Virus record (IMG/VR): IMGVR_UViG_3300032174_000006
Coordinates: 1-62,842 of that record
DNA from: a virus
Lineage: Duplodnaviria; Caudoviricetes
DNA: 62,842 nt
Reading direction: 5' to 3' (one strand)
Part shown: positions 27,153 to 36,694 of the stretch, in pieces
How positions within the stretch are numbered: position 1 is the first letter of the stretch
How the letters are laid out: the number at the start of each line of letters is the position of its first letter
The notes under the pieces: model-generated
What the model saw: only the letters and a program-made list of their open reading frames with translations
What the model was told of the DNA's origin: nothing
The model's database searches: none
Position numbers and translations under genes: made by a program

Positions 27153-27731
27153 CTATCCGAATATCGCACCGATCGCCGCTTGAATCGCGGCAGCCTGTTC
27201 CTGCGCGGCCTGCTGCCTCGCGTTCGTGGCAATGCTCCCCGCGTTGCTCGCCGCCGTGCCGCCGATCCCCGCCGCCTGCAATCCCAACTCCCTCTGCTGC
27301 GTCCCCACGTCCGCGATCTTCCCGCTCGTAGACGCTTCCGCCTGCGCCGCGCCGGGCCGCACGCCAAACAACGCATTATCAATCTTCGCCATCGTATCCG
27401 TCTGCTGCTGCTGATTCGCCCCCGCGACTCCTCCGCCGCGCGCCGTCCCGCTCGCGTTCTGCTGCCTCCGCGCCGCGTCCGCCCCGCTCAACGTCGCATT
27501 GATCGCCGGGGCCTCCGCCTGCTGCATCGCCGCGCGATTCCCCGTAGCGAGGCTCTTAAAATACGAATTCGCATCCCCGAGCCCGGACAATCCCGCGTTC
27601 GTCGTCGCCGTCCCCGCAGCGGTGTCCTTCTTCGCGGTGTCCATGCCGAAGTTGAATAAATTATTGAGATTGCCGATGGATTGATTCTGCTGCTTGGAAT
27701 TCTTCCCGCCGATGCCGAGGAATCCTTGCAT
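27153..27731 (-). CDS. putative pilot/ejection protein
   Basis: Ala/Gly/Gln-rich 192 aa following a GNAT-like gene, as in P22/T7-like podoviruses. Confidence 0.6.
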   Translation of the reverse strand: MQGFLGIGGKNSKQQNQSIGNLNNLFNFGMDTAKKDTAAGTATTNAGLSGLGDANSYFKSLATGNRAAMQQAEAPAINATLSGADAARRQQNASGTARGGGVAGANQQQQTDTMAKIDNALFGVRPGAAQAEASTSGKIADVGTQQRELGLQAAGIGGTAASNAGSIATNARQQAAQEQAAAIQAAIGAIFG

Positions 27732-27740
27732 TACATCCTC

Positions 27741-28118
27741 CTACTTGGCCACGTACACAGGCAAAGTTTCCCGTACCATTCCCCGTTTCTCAGCCATCTC
27801 CGCGATGATGTCATTCGACGCAACCAGCATCCAGCCCCTCGCCTGAATCTCCATCATGAAAGCAAGCATCCGGTCAGCGAGTTCGTTCGCTACTTCTGAT
27901 CCGCGCGTGGAAGGCCGGACCCACAACGGCTCCGTGTGGGGCACCAGCTGCATGACGATAAATCCCATCAGATCGCCATGTTCATCCTCCGCCACCAGCA
28001 CCCGCGAGGTCGGACGATTCAGCGACATCCACCCGCGCGCGACAAGTATATCCTCGAACCTGTTCCATTCGTCCTCAGTAGCCGTCGGCCCGTCAATCCA
28101 GCGATAACTAACTTCCAT
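27741..28118 (-). CDS. GNAT-fold virion-assembly protein
   Basis: VLVAED..G.LMGF..EPLWVRPSTRGS..A...GM pattern; position before ejection genes. Confidence 0.65.
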   Translation of the reverse strand: MEVSYRWIDGPTATEDEWNRFEDILVARGWMSLNRPTSRVLVAEDEHGDLMGFIVMQLVPHTEPLWVRPSTRGSEVANELADRMLAFMMEIQARGWMLVASNDIIAEMAEKRGMVRETLPVYVAK

Positions 28119-28177
28119 GCTGCCCTCCTACTCGACTTTACAAGATGAGAATGACAATTCTTAATTTCATTTTGCCT

Positions 28178-29872
28178 CTAATGACTGATCGAATAGCCGA
28201 CACAGGTGACGCTCGCCACGGACGCTAGGGATATCGTAAAGCTAGTGCTCGCGGAGCGCGTCGTGACTACCGGATTTGTGGCTCCGGTGTTGCACGTGGG
28301 ACTCGACGGTAATCCGGTATTATCATCGGTCTGCCAAACGCTGATTACGCTTCCGGTGTTAACAGCGATGCTGTTGACTGTATAAGTGGTCTGCGATGCG
28401 GGTATGGCGATCACTCCAGAAGCCGCCGCCGCGCACGCTGCCGGCGAGGCCGTCCCAGACGCTCCTCCAAGTAAGCAGGGGGTGAAGGAATTGAACGACG
28501 GACTGCTAACCAAACTTCCGCCGGTTCTGGTGATTTGTCCGTTGGTCCCCACGAGTTTATTTTGGCAGGTGTCGTAGAGCGTGCCACCGGAAAGCAGAAT
28601 AGCGACCGCGCTCACATTCCACGAATTCTCAATGTCCGAATTACAGAGATACGTGGTGCCGTTCGAGGTCAGCGTACCACCCTGCACGGCTGGGGCGGTT
28701 CCTCCGGGGATTTGTGTCATCAGATGATCTGCGTAGAGCGTGCCGTTATTTACGATGGCTCCCGTCGTTCCACTGCCGCCGCCTATCGTCGTGCCATTGG
28801 CGACGAATACGCCGCCCGAGTCGATCAGCAGTCCGGGGGTCGAAGAGATGTGATAGCCGCCGGTGTCCACCATGTAGCCACCGGAAAGTACGTGGAGTTC
28901 TGATCCCTCAACGCCGCTCCCGGTCATCGTCGAGCAGCAGCCCGTTACACTCATCCCCACGAAGCCGGTTTGCTGAATCTGGAGTTCCTTGGCCGTCGTC
29001 CACTGCGCAGCGTGCCACCCGATAAGGTTTGTAGCATTCGCGCTCGCCATCCACTCAAACACCGAAACGTTGTCGATGATTTCGCCGAACGCATCGTAGC
29101 CGGAGAAAACCGCCGTTGAGACGGCTGGGTTGATAAGTCCGTTTGCCGTCTGCTGGTACAAGCCATTCCATGAAAAATTGGAGTATTGATTCTTCAGGGT
29201 AATCGGAGGTACCACACCAAAGAACATGCAAACGTGTTGGCCATCGAATAGGCAGGTCGTGGTGTCGAAATCCGGCATCGGGTGAATAAAGGTAGAAAAT
29301 TGCCCACATCCGTTCACAACAGGCCCAAAAACTAATTGCGTTCTAACCGCCGTGCCGATCCCCTTATTGATGAACGTCCCGGCACAGGGCATCTGAAAGA
29401 TTCCACCACCGCCATTGACGAACGCATTCCACGCCGCCTGAAACGCCGCCGTGTCATCGTGGCCCCAGGCGACCATGCTGCTTACACCTGAATTCAGTGT
29501 GCAGTTGTTGCTGATGGTTATATTCGTGGCCGAATTTACCGTCAGGATGGTGCTCTTGGGACAGGCTAGGCCGCTTGCTTGCGTGGTGGCAAACACGATC
29601 TTGCCAACATCTGCTGAAGTGAAGACGCAAGCAATGTCTGAGGCGGAACAACTGACGGTGGGGCTGCCGATTGAAAAAGACGCGGTATAGGAAAACTTCG
29701 CGTCCCACTTCATTCCGTAATTCAAAGCATAGAAAACATTCCCATTTTGAAATGGAATCCCCGGTGTGTTGGGAGCTAAACCACCTCCGCCCGAGCCGCC
29801 GCCAACGTTCGACTGGGATCTAGCTACAGTAGCCACTAGCAGAAAAAGAAAAAGACCGGCCCATGAACGCAT
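28178..29872 (-). CDS. beta-helix (pectate-lyase-like) tailspike-like protein with N-terminal signal peptide
   Basis: MRSWAGLFLFLLVATVARS; HDDTAAFQAAW..GGG...P motif; G/N/T-rich repeats; paired Cys. Confidence 0.7.
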   Translation of the reverse strand: MRSWAGLFLFLLVATVARSQSNVGGGSGGGGLAPNTPGIPFQNGNVFYALNYGMKWDAKFSYTASFSIGSPTVSCSASDIACVFTSADVGKIVFATTQASGLACPKSTILTVNSATNITISNNCTLNSGVSSMVAWGHDDTAAFQAAWNAFVNGGGGIFQMPCAGTFINKGIGTAVRTQLVFGPVVNGCGQFSTFIHPMPDFDTTTCLFDGQHVCMFFGVVPPITLKNQYSNFSWNGLYQQTANGLINPAVSTAVFSGYDAFGEIIDNVSVFEWMASANATNLIGWHAAQWTTAKELQIQQTGFVGMSVTGCCSTMTGSGVEGSELHVLSGGYMVDTGGYHISSTPGLLIDSGGVFVANGTTIGGGSGTTGAIVNNGTLYADHLMTQIPGGTAPAVQGGTLTSNGTTYLCNSDIENSWNVSAVAILLSGGTLYDTCQNKLVGTNGQITRTGGSLVSSPSFNSFTPCLLGGASGTASPAACAAAASGVIAIPASQTTYTVNSIAVNTGSVISVWQTDDNTGLPSSPTCNTGATNPVVTTRSASTSFTISLASVASVTCVGYSISH

Positions 29873-29880
29873 TGTACCTC

Positions 29881-30312
29881 TCACTGGATAACCGCTGTGA
29901 CCTGCATCCCGTCCCCTGCTGTATCCGCGTCGATAAAATACTCATACAGGTTGAACACGTTGCGATTCAGCGCCGCGCTGCCGAGGGTAAACGTCTGCCC
30001 TGGGGATAGCGCCACGACAATCCCGCCCGTGTCGGAGGTGCCGCTGATTGGCTTCCTCACTATATACACGAGCTTGTTCGTCGTGTTCGCGCCGAGCATG
30101 CTTCCGCTCGCCTTGTAGGACTGGAAGATGATCTGCTGCGCCCGGCTCGTGTATTCATCCGCGCCCGCTGTCCCAGGAGTCGGCGTCTCCGGAGCGTTCA
30201 CGTTTGTAGAGTCCACGAGGGACATGATGCTCACTGGGATTCCGGGAGTGACCACCGCAATCTGCCCCAGCGGCCATATCGGCCCCTGCTTGTCCTTGAA
30301 TACTTGCGCCAT
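29881..30312 (-). CDS. putative structural protein
   Basis: GGAGG RBS, beta-rich, inside the tail operon. Confidence 0.6.
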   Translation of the reverse strand: MAQVFKDKQGPIWPLGQIAVVTPGIPVSIMSLVDSTNVNAPETPTPGTAGADEYTSRAQQIIFQSYKASGSMLGANTTNKLVYIVRKPISGTSDTGGIVVALSPGQTFTLGSAALNRNVFNLYEYFIDADTAGDGMQVTAVIQ

Positions 30313-30339
30313 GATTTAATCCTCCGGTCGGAGTATACT

Positions 30340-30648
30340 CTAGCTGAACTCGAAATGACCCGATGCTTTGACAAATTTGAGCGTGGCGCCATTCGCAAGT
30401 GTGTTTACATCTACCGGCGCAACATACAATCCCGCTATCTTAGTATTCGCAGGCCCATTTGAAGTTTCCGTCGCGCCAGCTTTCACCTTGGATTGCAACT
30501 CCGCATGACTCTTCTGCAACTCCGTATGTGCATCCTGCAACGAATACAGTTGATCGAGCACCTGCTTCAGCGCGCGCTGCGTCGTGTGTGGGTCCTTGAG
30601 CTGATCCGCCTGCGGGTACCAACGATTCTGCTTAGAGGGTTGACTCAC
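30340..30648 (-). CDS. putative structural protein
   Basis: short coiled coil, follows the nozzle gene. Confidence 0.55.
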   Translation of the reverse strand: MSQPSKQNRWYPQADQLKDPHTTQRALKQVLDQLYSLQDAHTELQKSHAELQSKVKAGATETSNGPANTKIAGLYVAPVDVNTLANGATLKFVKASGHFEFS

Positions 30649-33600
30649 GGTTGTTCGTACCTCCGAAATTCCGGCTGATTAAATACGGTGCGGTGCGTCC
30701 CCACGCCCCTACGCGAATTTCACTATCGTCGAGGAAAATCTGAAATGGATTCGCGCTGTTCGCGGTGAAATTGAACAGTTGCCCCTTGTTCGCGCTGACT
30801 ACGAATAACGTTTTCTGATACGCGCCGCCGGTCGAGGGAAGGGTGATCGGCGCGGGGGATTGGCCATCGTACGATTGAATCGTCAGCGTGACCGCCGACG
30901 CCGCCACATACGCTAGCACCACCTCGCGAATATGCCCGTACCCGGACATCCCAAACGACGCGCCGAACGTCCTCCACGCAAGCATCCTCGCTGGCTGGAT
31001 CGCGAAGCTCGGCTGCCAGAGGTATAGTTTCGTCGGCCCGGACTGCACGCTGAAGTCGTCTGCCCATGCGGTGAACAGTCCCATGAAATCGCTGACCACG
31101 GTCCCGCTGTTCGGCACGACCGCGACCGGATATCTCGTACGCGTGTTGCTGGAAACGAACGTTGTCGCCCCGAACACCGCCGCCCCGAGCGACATCGGCG
31201 TGAACGCAACTCCCAGCCTCGCCGCCGGAGTGAGGTCCACGAAGAAATCCCCCCATTGCTTCGGCGCGCGCACGTCCCCGCCGTCCCATTCGTTCGTCGC
31301 GAGAGTGCAGGGGATGGGAGTCGTGGCGCTGCCGAACGGATTGGCGAAGTCGTTGGTATTCTCCCGCTGCACGCAGCCGAACGTCGCGAAGCTGCCGAAT
31401 CCCACCACCGCCGACGCCGCGAATAACGTCTCTGGATTCGTCTGCGTCGGAATCTGCTCCACGTGGCAGCCGGCGGTGATGCCAGACGGATACACGTCGT
31501 AGCACCACGCCATCCGCTGAACGTTCAGCGTGAGACAGCGGTACACGGCGTTTGTATCCTGATAAATAAAGTAGAGATATCCGAGGGAATAGAACAATCT
31601 GAACTGAAACACACGGTTGTAATCCGGCGCGGCGATGGTCACGCCGTTGTAGATGTAATCCACGCCTTGGCTTCCCTCGTGCGGGAAGAGTTCATATAAA
31701 TCCGCGTCGGTGAGCGATCCCTGTGTGGAGGAATAAATCCCGTCCTTCGCGACCCAGTAGATATTCTGCCCGTCGTTGCAATGCGCGAACGGCGCGGCGA
31801 TGCCTCTCGTGAATGGCTGCTGCACGATCGCGTACCGCTGCGCGGCGTTTCCCTGCTGCGGATATAACGCCCACCACCGTTCCGGCGACGCGACGAAGGA
31901 TAATCCATCCAGCGTCTCGCCTCCGACAAGCGGCTCCGACGGCGGGGTGATCTCTAAATTGTACGTGTCCGGCGCGGCGTCCGGCGTGTTGTTCTTGCTG
32001 AACGACACCGTCCCCGGCCGGAACGGGTCCCCGCACGCGAACACGGTCCCGGTCGCGTCCGGCCCCCACATATACGGAAGCCGCTGCGCCGCGATGAACG
32101 GCTCCTGGATGATGTACGCGACGTTCGCTCCCGCGCCAGCGTTCTCCACGAATTGCAGGAGATAATTCGTCCCGGAAATCAACGTCGGCCGTGCCCATAG
32201 CGTGTACACGTTCAATCCGCCGAGTTGGATCAACGTGCCGGGGAGATAGCGGGTGATATCCGTGTCCATGGAAGAGACCACCGCGACCGTGCCGTTCACA
32301 ATCGACGCCACGCCGAAATTCGGGACATCCACGCTCGGCCATGGCTCGAAGTTATCAAAGTCCAGCGCCTCCCCGGCCTGCGCGGCGGCGTCGTCAAAAT
32401 TGTCGATGAACGTCGGGCTGCCGGTCGGCGTCGAGCCGATGAATCTCCATTGTGTGACCGCGCCGCCGTATCGGAAGATATCCCACGTGTCGATCTGTGG
32501 ATCGTACGCGGCGGATGGGAGATACACCGTTACCTGCCCGCGGCGGGGGTTGACGCCATATCGCGACGCTGGGGAGGGATTCCCGATGACTCCGGTATTC
32601 CGCGCCCGTGGCCGCACACGATATAGTAAGGGTGCGCCGATATCCCCGACGTCCGGCTGATACCCCCCGAACACGAATGGCAAATCCGTCGCCACGTTGA
32701 TCGTCCCGCTCGCGTTCCATAGAAATTGTATCTTCGTGAGCGTTTGAAGCGACTTCGTCTGATCGTTCCCCACCCGCGTAAGCGCACTAATCGGGAACAC
32801 TACCTGCGTCCACTGTCCGCTGCCGGGGAGCAGCTGCGTGCCGCTGGTCGTGTCGATGAATCCGGCCTGCGCGCTGATGGCCGCCGTCTCCGCGTCAATC
32901 CCTGCGCGCTGGGACGCCGTCTGCGATGTGGCAAGCTGCGTCGCGGAGTTCGCCACCGCCGCCGCGATATCCGACGGGCGGATGGTGTAATAGTAGAAAT
33001 TCTGCGTGAAGCTCGCGTCGCCGACGTCGAGGAGGAATTTCAATTCCGTGAGATTCGCGAGGGTGTCGATTTTAATCCCCAGCGAGATGTAATCCTCCTC
33101 CTGAAACGACGCGCCGGAAAGGTTGAACGGATTCGCGGGGACGGTCACGCTGGTCATCGTGCCGATTCCGGTGGTCACTTGGTACGTGGTATCCGGGTCG
33201 GTGATCGCTTGGCCCGCGACCGGAGGCGTCGCCACCCCGCCGCTCGGCAGACTGTAAAACACCTGCACCGTCGCGCCGTCGATCGTGAATCCGCGAACAT
33301 GCGTGCCGAAATTCACCGCCGCGACTGTGACGCCAAAGTTCGCCGCATTGACCTGCGCCGGAGTCCAAGTGGTGCCCCAGAGGTCTATATTAGAGCCATA
33401 AGTAACCGGGTGTATGCCGCTATTGAGGGAGGAATGGTCCGGTCCGAATTGTAATCCCCCCTTCAGCGCAAACACATTCCCGTCGCCGATGTCAGTGTCC
33501 GCCCTCGTGCGCCAGTTAACAGTGAACGCGATCCCTAGAATAGTCGCGGCGGCTGGGACGGCTAATCCGAATTGCGTGATGTTCAGATTATCGCTTATGA

Positions 33601-34735
33601 AATCCGCTCCCGTCACCACGACGAAGCTGGAGAATCCCGGCGTCCATGTGGGTCCGCCGCCGCCCGCGTCCACCGCCGATACCGCCGTCCCAGTCGCAGA
33701 TTGCGTAACCGGCGTCGCGGAGATGACGGAGATTGCGGGGACAGTGGTCAGCGCATCGGCGGTCGTGTGATTCGCCGTGGTGGAAGTCTCAATAGAAATC
33801 CCGCCGTTCGGCCCGGCGCTGACGCTCCACACGTAACAAATCTCCGCGCCGATGACGATCATCGTTCCCCGGCGGAGGGTGGACAAAAGTGCGTTCTGGA
33901 AGATCGATCCGCCGCCCTCGCTGGCGAGTCCCGCCGGCACGATCACGCATCGCCCCGTGGCGCCGGAGAAGTAATAGATGGACTGAATGGTCAGGGAATT
34001 CGGCAGCGCCGCGAACACGTCCATGACCATGAACTGCACCGCGTTGATGAGCACCGTCTGGAGTTTCTGATACGCGGCGGCGGTCCCAACCTGCACTGTC
34101 CAGATCGCCGCGCCGGTGGGATCCTGTAACACTACCCCCGCCGTGTCGCTGACCCGATTCGATGTCCCCGGCGCGCCCGCTGTCCCGCCTTGTGTGTATC
34201 CCGGCGCGCCGATTAGATTAATGTAATTCTCCTGCGGCGCGGCGTCCGGAGCGGATTGCGGCTCGGCGATTCCCACGTTGTTCACGGTTACGGTATTCGC
34301 GAGGCTTGGAGCGGAGAATTTCTTATAATCCCCACCGTTCGCGATATACATCCACGGTTGCGTAGAGGCGTTCGGACGGAAGGGGATAAGCGCCGCGCCG
34401 TTCGCGCCGACTCCCCCGGCCAGCGTGCCGACGTTCACCCCCGTGTCCAGCCACACCTTCCCGGCGGCGTCGTACGCCAGCGTGCGAGGCTGATTGCTAG
34501 TGGCAAGCGCCGCGTACGTTCGCATGTCGGTGATGGGGAAGAGCGCGCCGGATGGGCTGGCGGTGAATGACGCTTGCGCGCCGGGGCGGGATTGAATCGT
34601 GCCATCGGTGTAGCCGCGAACGTTGATCGCGATGGGATATTTTCCGGGAGGAAGGGTATCCGGGCGGCCTTTCGTCTTCATCCCGAGGAACTGGAAGCGG
34701 AATCCCTCGTTTGGCCGATTGAACTCGTCGCCCAT
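30632..34735 (-). CDS. tail nozzle / stabilisation (tubular B-like) protein
   Basis: 1367 aa, beta-propeller-like repeats, follows the adaptor; GMKT..DTLPPG..AINVR N-terminus. Confidence 0.65.
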   Translation of the reverse strand: MGDEFNRPNEGFRFQFLGMKTKGRPDTLPPGKYPIAINVRGYTDGTIQSRPGAQASFTASPSGALFPITDMRTYAALATSNQPRTLAYDAAGKVWLDTGVNVGTLAGGVGANGAALIPFRPNASTQPWMYIANGGDYKKFSAPSLANTVTVNNVGIAEPQSAPDAAPQENYINLIGAPGYTQGGTAGAPGTSNRVSDTAGVVLQDPTGAAIWTVQVGTAAAYQKLQTVLINAVQFMVMDVFAALPNSLTIQSIYYFSGATGRCVIVPAGLASEGGGSIFQNALLSTLRRGTMIVIGAEICYVWSVSAGPNGGISIETSTTANHTTADALTTVPAISVISATPVTQSATGTAVSAVDAGGGGPTWTPGFSSFVVVTGADFISDNLNITQFGLAVPAAATILGIAFTVNWRTRADTDIGDGNVFALKGGLQFGPDHSSLNSGIHPVTYGSNIDLWGTTWTPAQVNAANFGVTVAAVNFGTHVRGFTIDGATVQVFYSLPSGGVATPPVAGQAITDPDTTYQVTTGIGTMTSVTVPANPFNLSGASFQEEDYISLGIKIDTLANLTELKFLLDVGDASFTQNFYYYTIRPSDIAAAVANSATQLATSQTASQRAGIDAETAAISAQAGFIDTTSGTQLLPGSGQWTQVVFPISALTRVGNDQTKSLQTLTKIQFLWNASGTINVATDLPFVFGGYQPDVGDIGAPLLYRVRPRARNTGVIGNPSPASRYGVNPRRGQVTVYLPSAAYDPQIDTWDIFRYGGAVTQWRFIGSTPTGSPTFIDNFDDAAAQAGEALDFDNFEPWPSVDVPNFGVASIVNGTVAVVSSMDTDITRYLPGTLIQLGGLNVYTLWARPTLISGTNYLLQFVENAGAGANVAYIIQEPFIAAQRLPYMWGPDATGTVFACGDPFRPGTVSFSKNNTPDAAPDTYNLEITPPSEPLVGGETLDGLSFVASPERWWALYPQQGNAAQRYAIVQQPFTRGIAAPFAHCNDGQNIYWVAKDGIYSSTQGSLTDADLYELFPHEGSQGVDYIYNGVTIAAPDYNRVFQFRLFYSLGYLYFIYQDTNAVYRCLTLNVQRMAWCYDVYPSGITAGCHVEQIPTQTNPETLFAASAVVGFGSFATFGCVQRENTNDFANPFGSATTPIPCTLATNEWDGGDVRAPKQWGDFFVDLTPAARLGVAFTPMSLGAAVFGATTFVSSNTRTRYPVAVVPNSGTVVSDFMGLFTAWADDFSVQSGPTKLYLWQPSFAIQPARMLAWRTFGASFGMSGYGHIREVVLAYVAASAVTLTIQSYDGQSPAPITLPSTGGAYQKTLFVVSANKGQLFNFTANSANPFQIFLDDSEIRVGAWGRTAPYLISRNFGGTNNRESTL

Positions 34736-36069
34736 TACTCAGTCACCTCGGAATCCATAAGCGGCGCGAGATCCTTCTCTCGCTGCGACAAATCCGCCAT
34801 GATGGTTTGATACTCGCCGAGTTCGCGCAGCTTGGAGTTGTACATCGCGGCCACTTTGAGGAAGCGTTGGAACAGGGGCATCGTACGATTGAACTCCTCG
34901 CCCCCTTGTTTCCAAGCCGCAATGTGTTGGGCATAATCTAGCATCACGTCGAGAATATCCCTTGGCACTTGCACGAAATCCGCGTCCAGAACCGGAATCG
35001 GCGCATTCTCGACCACCGTCGCGGTCAGCGTGTACGCTCCCCCGTCCGCGATTGGCGCGAGGGCGAGCTTGTTTAATCCCGCGTGGAGGATTGTCTGGGG
35101 CGCTCCCGGCGCGGCACCCTGCCATCCCGTGTTATACGTATCCGCGCCGCGCACGGAATCAATCTGAATCGGCACGTTGTTCACCCGCATGGCGAGAAGC
35201 GCGGGGGCGGCGGACAGCGCGGCGAGCCCTAGCCGATACCGCGACTCGCAGTATTGCGCGCGTGGGATATCCTTCGCGTTGGATTCCTTGTTGAGAAGAT
35301 TCGCGAGCGCGCCCCATTTCACCACATGCGTCCAGTCATCAGGGATGGGGATGGTGGATGGCGTGCCGACGGTGAGCGTGCCACCCGCTTCGATCGTCAG
35401 GAGGTCGTAATTCCCCGCGTACGCAGGCGGCACGTCCGTGTCGAAGCTAATCGGCGGCTGGGCGGATAGCAAATACGCGAACGGTGTGCCGGCCGGGGCG
35501 GTCGTATACCCTGAATTGAACGCCTGCTCCGCCCAGGTATCCTCCGGCCACATGGTAGATGCGGATTGCGTGGGGAAGAGTGTGGACGGGACGTATGCCA
35601 TCCGCCGGACGTCGATAACCATGTCGGGGAGTTGGATGCGGCCCGCGACGGCGGGGATCAATCGTTCAGTGATCGTGCATCCGGTGATGCTGAGTGTCTC
35701 GTCCCGCTGCCGCGCGACCGCGTTCAGCACGTCATCGGCGGTGAACTGGAGGGATACGCCCGTCCAGGGATTCCACGCGACGGCTTCGAGCAGGTGATAT
35801 TGGATAATCGTGTAGAGATTCGTGTCGAGGACGTTCAATGACCGGAGAGTATTAGTGAGTGTGGTGATGTCGTACCATGTCTGCCCGGCGACGGCGGGGA
35901 ACGTGAAATCCCCTCGCCAGAACGCTGTCAGCGCATTCCACGTTCGCAACGCTTCGGTAATATATAAATTTAATTCCGCCGGGGACCAGAACGTCTGCGT
36001 GGGATCATACAGGCGATTGGCGAGTTCCTGCCGCACAGTGCCGAGCGTTGTGTAGGAGTATGTCGCCAT
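34735..36069 (-). CDS. head-tail adaptor (tubular A-like) protein
   Basis: TLGTVRQEL..RL.D...WS.AELN.YI.EA; IPDDW...V..GA. Confidence 0.65.
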   Translation of the reverse strand: MATYSYTTLGTVRQELANRLYDPTQTFWSPAELNLYITEALRTWNALTAFWRGDFTFPAVAGQTWYDITTLTNTLRSLNVLDTNLYTIIQYHLLEAVAWNPWTGVSLQFTADDVLNAVARQRDETLSITGCTITERLIPAVAGRIQLPDMVIDVRRMAYVPSTLFPTQSASTMWPEDTWAEQAFNSGYTTAPAGTPFAYLLSAQPPISFDTDVPPAYAGNYDLLTIEAGGTLTVGTPSTIPIPDDWTHVVKWGALANLLNKESNAKDIPRAQYCESRYRLGLAALSAAPALLAMRVNNVPIQIDSVRGADTYNTGWQGAAPGAPQTILHAGLNKLALAPIADGGAYTLTATVVENAPIPVLDADFVQVPRDILDVMLDYAQHIAAWKQGGEEFNRTMPLFQRFLKVAAMYNSKLRELGEYQTIMADLSQREKDLAPLMDSEVTE

Positions 36070-36072
36070 GCG

Positions 36073-36240
36073 TCATTTCTTTCCGCGCTTCTTATCCCGC
36101 TCATGCTTCCGAGCCATCTCCCGACCCTTCGCCGTTTCCTTGTTCCCGCGCATCGCGCCGAGCTTGTTCATTATTTTATAGGGAATATCGCTATCGGAGC
36201 CGTATCGCTTCTTCAGTTTCTCCTCAAGAAACTTTGGCAT
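36073..36240 (-). CDS. small basic protein
   Basis: GGAGG RBS; MPKFLEEKLKKRYG...KKRGKK. Confidence 0.65.
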   Translation of the reverse strand: MPKFLEEKLKKRYGSDSDIPYKIMNKLGAMRGNKETAKGREMARKHERDKKRGKK

Positions 36241-36242
36241 GG

Positions 36243-36440
36243 TCAGCCTCCGATAGCCGGACTCACCGGATCGCTCGGCAGCGGCAACCGATTCACCCCG
36301 CCAGGAAACATCCACGGGTAGTTCACCCACCGCAGCAGCGTTTTCAGCGGGTCATTCGGGAACTCGCTCGCGATGTCATAAAAAGTCCCCGCGGCCGCAG
36401 GTGCTTGCGGAGACAGCACGATATTCGGCTGCGGCGGCAT
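36243..36440 (-). CDS. hypothetical Pro-rich protein
   Basis: packed between neighbours, ATG 36440. Confidence 0.5.
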   Translation of the reverse strand: MPPQPNIVLSPQAPAAAGTFYDIASEFPNDPLKTLLRWVNYPWMFPGGVNRLPLPSDPVSPAIGG

Positions 36441-36441
36441 G

Positions 36442-36678
36442 CTATTCGTCCGTGTTGTCCGGGCGCGAGGTGCCGAGCCCTTCGCGGAGGGCACGGTTGA
36501 ACTTATCGCACATGGAATCATCATGCATCGGCTGCTCGCCGCCGCGAAGCGTGTCCTCGATATCCGGCGTCTGGTAGCAGTGAATCCGCGGAGCCATCAT
36601 CGGACGCTCGGCGGCGATCTGCGACGGATATATTTTATCCCGTGCGGGGCCGGAATTCGGATTCGGTTTATACGCCAT
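36442..36678 (-). CDS. hypothetical protein
   Basis: AAGGAGG RBS. Confidence 0.6.
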   Translation of the reverse strand: MAYKPNPNSGPARDKIYPSQIAAERPMMAPRIHCYQTPDIEDTLRGGEQPMHDDSMCDKFNRALREGLGTSRPDNTDE

Positions 36679-36694
36679 GACAATCCTCCTTAAC

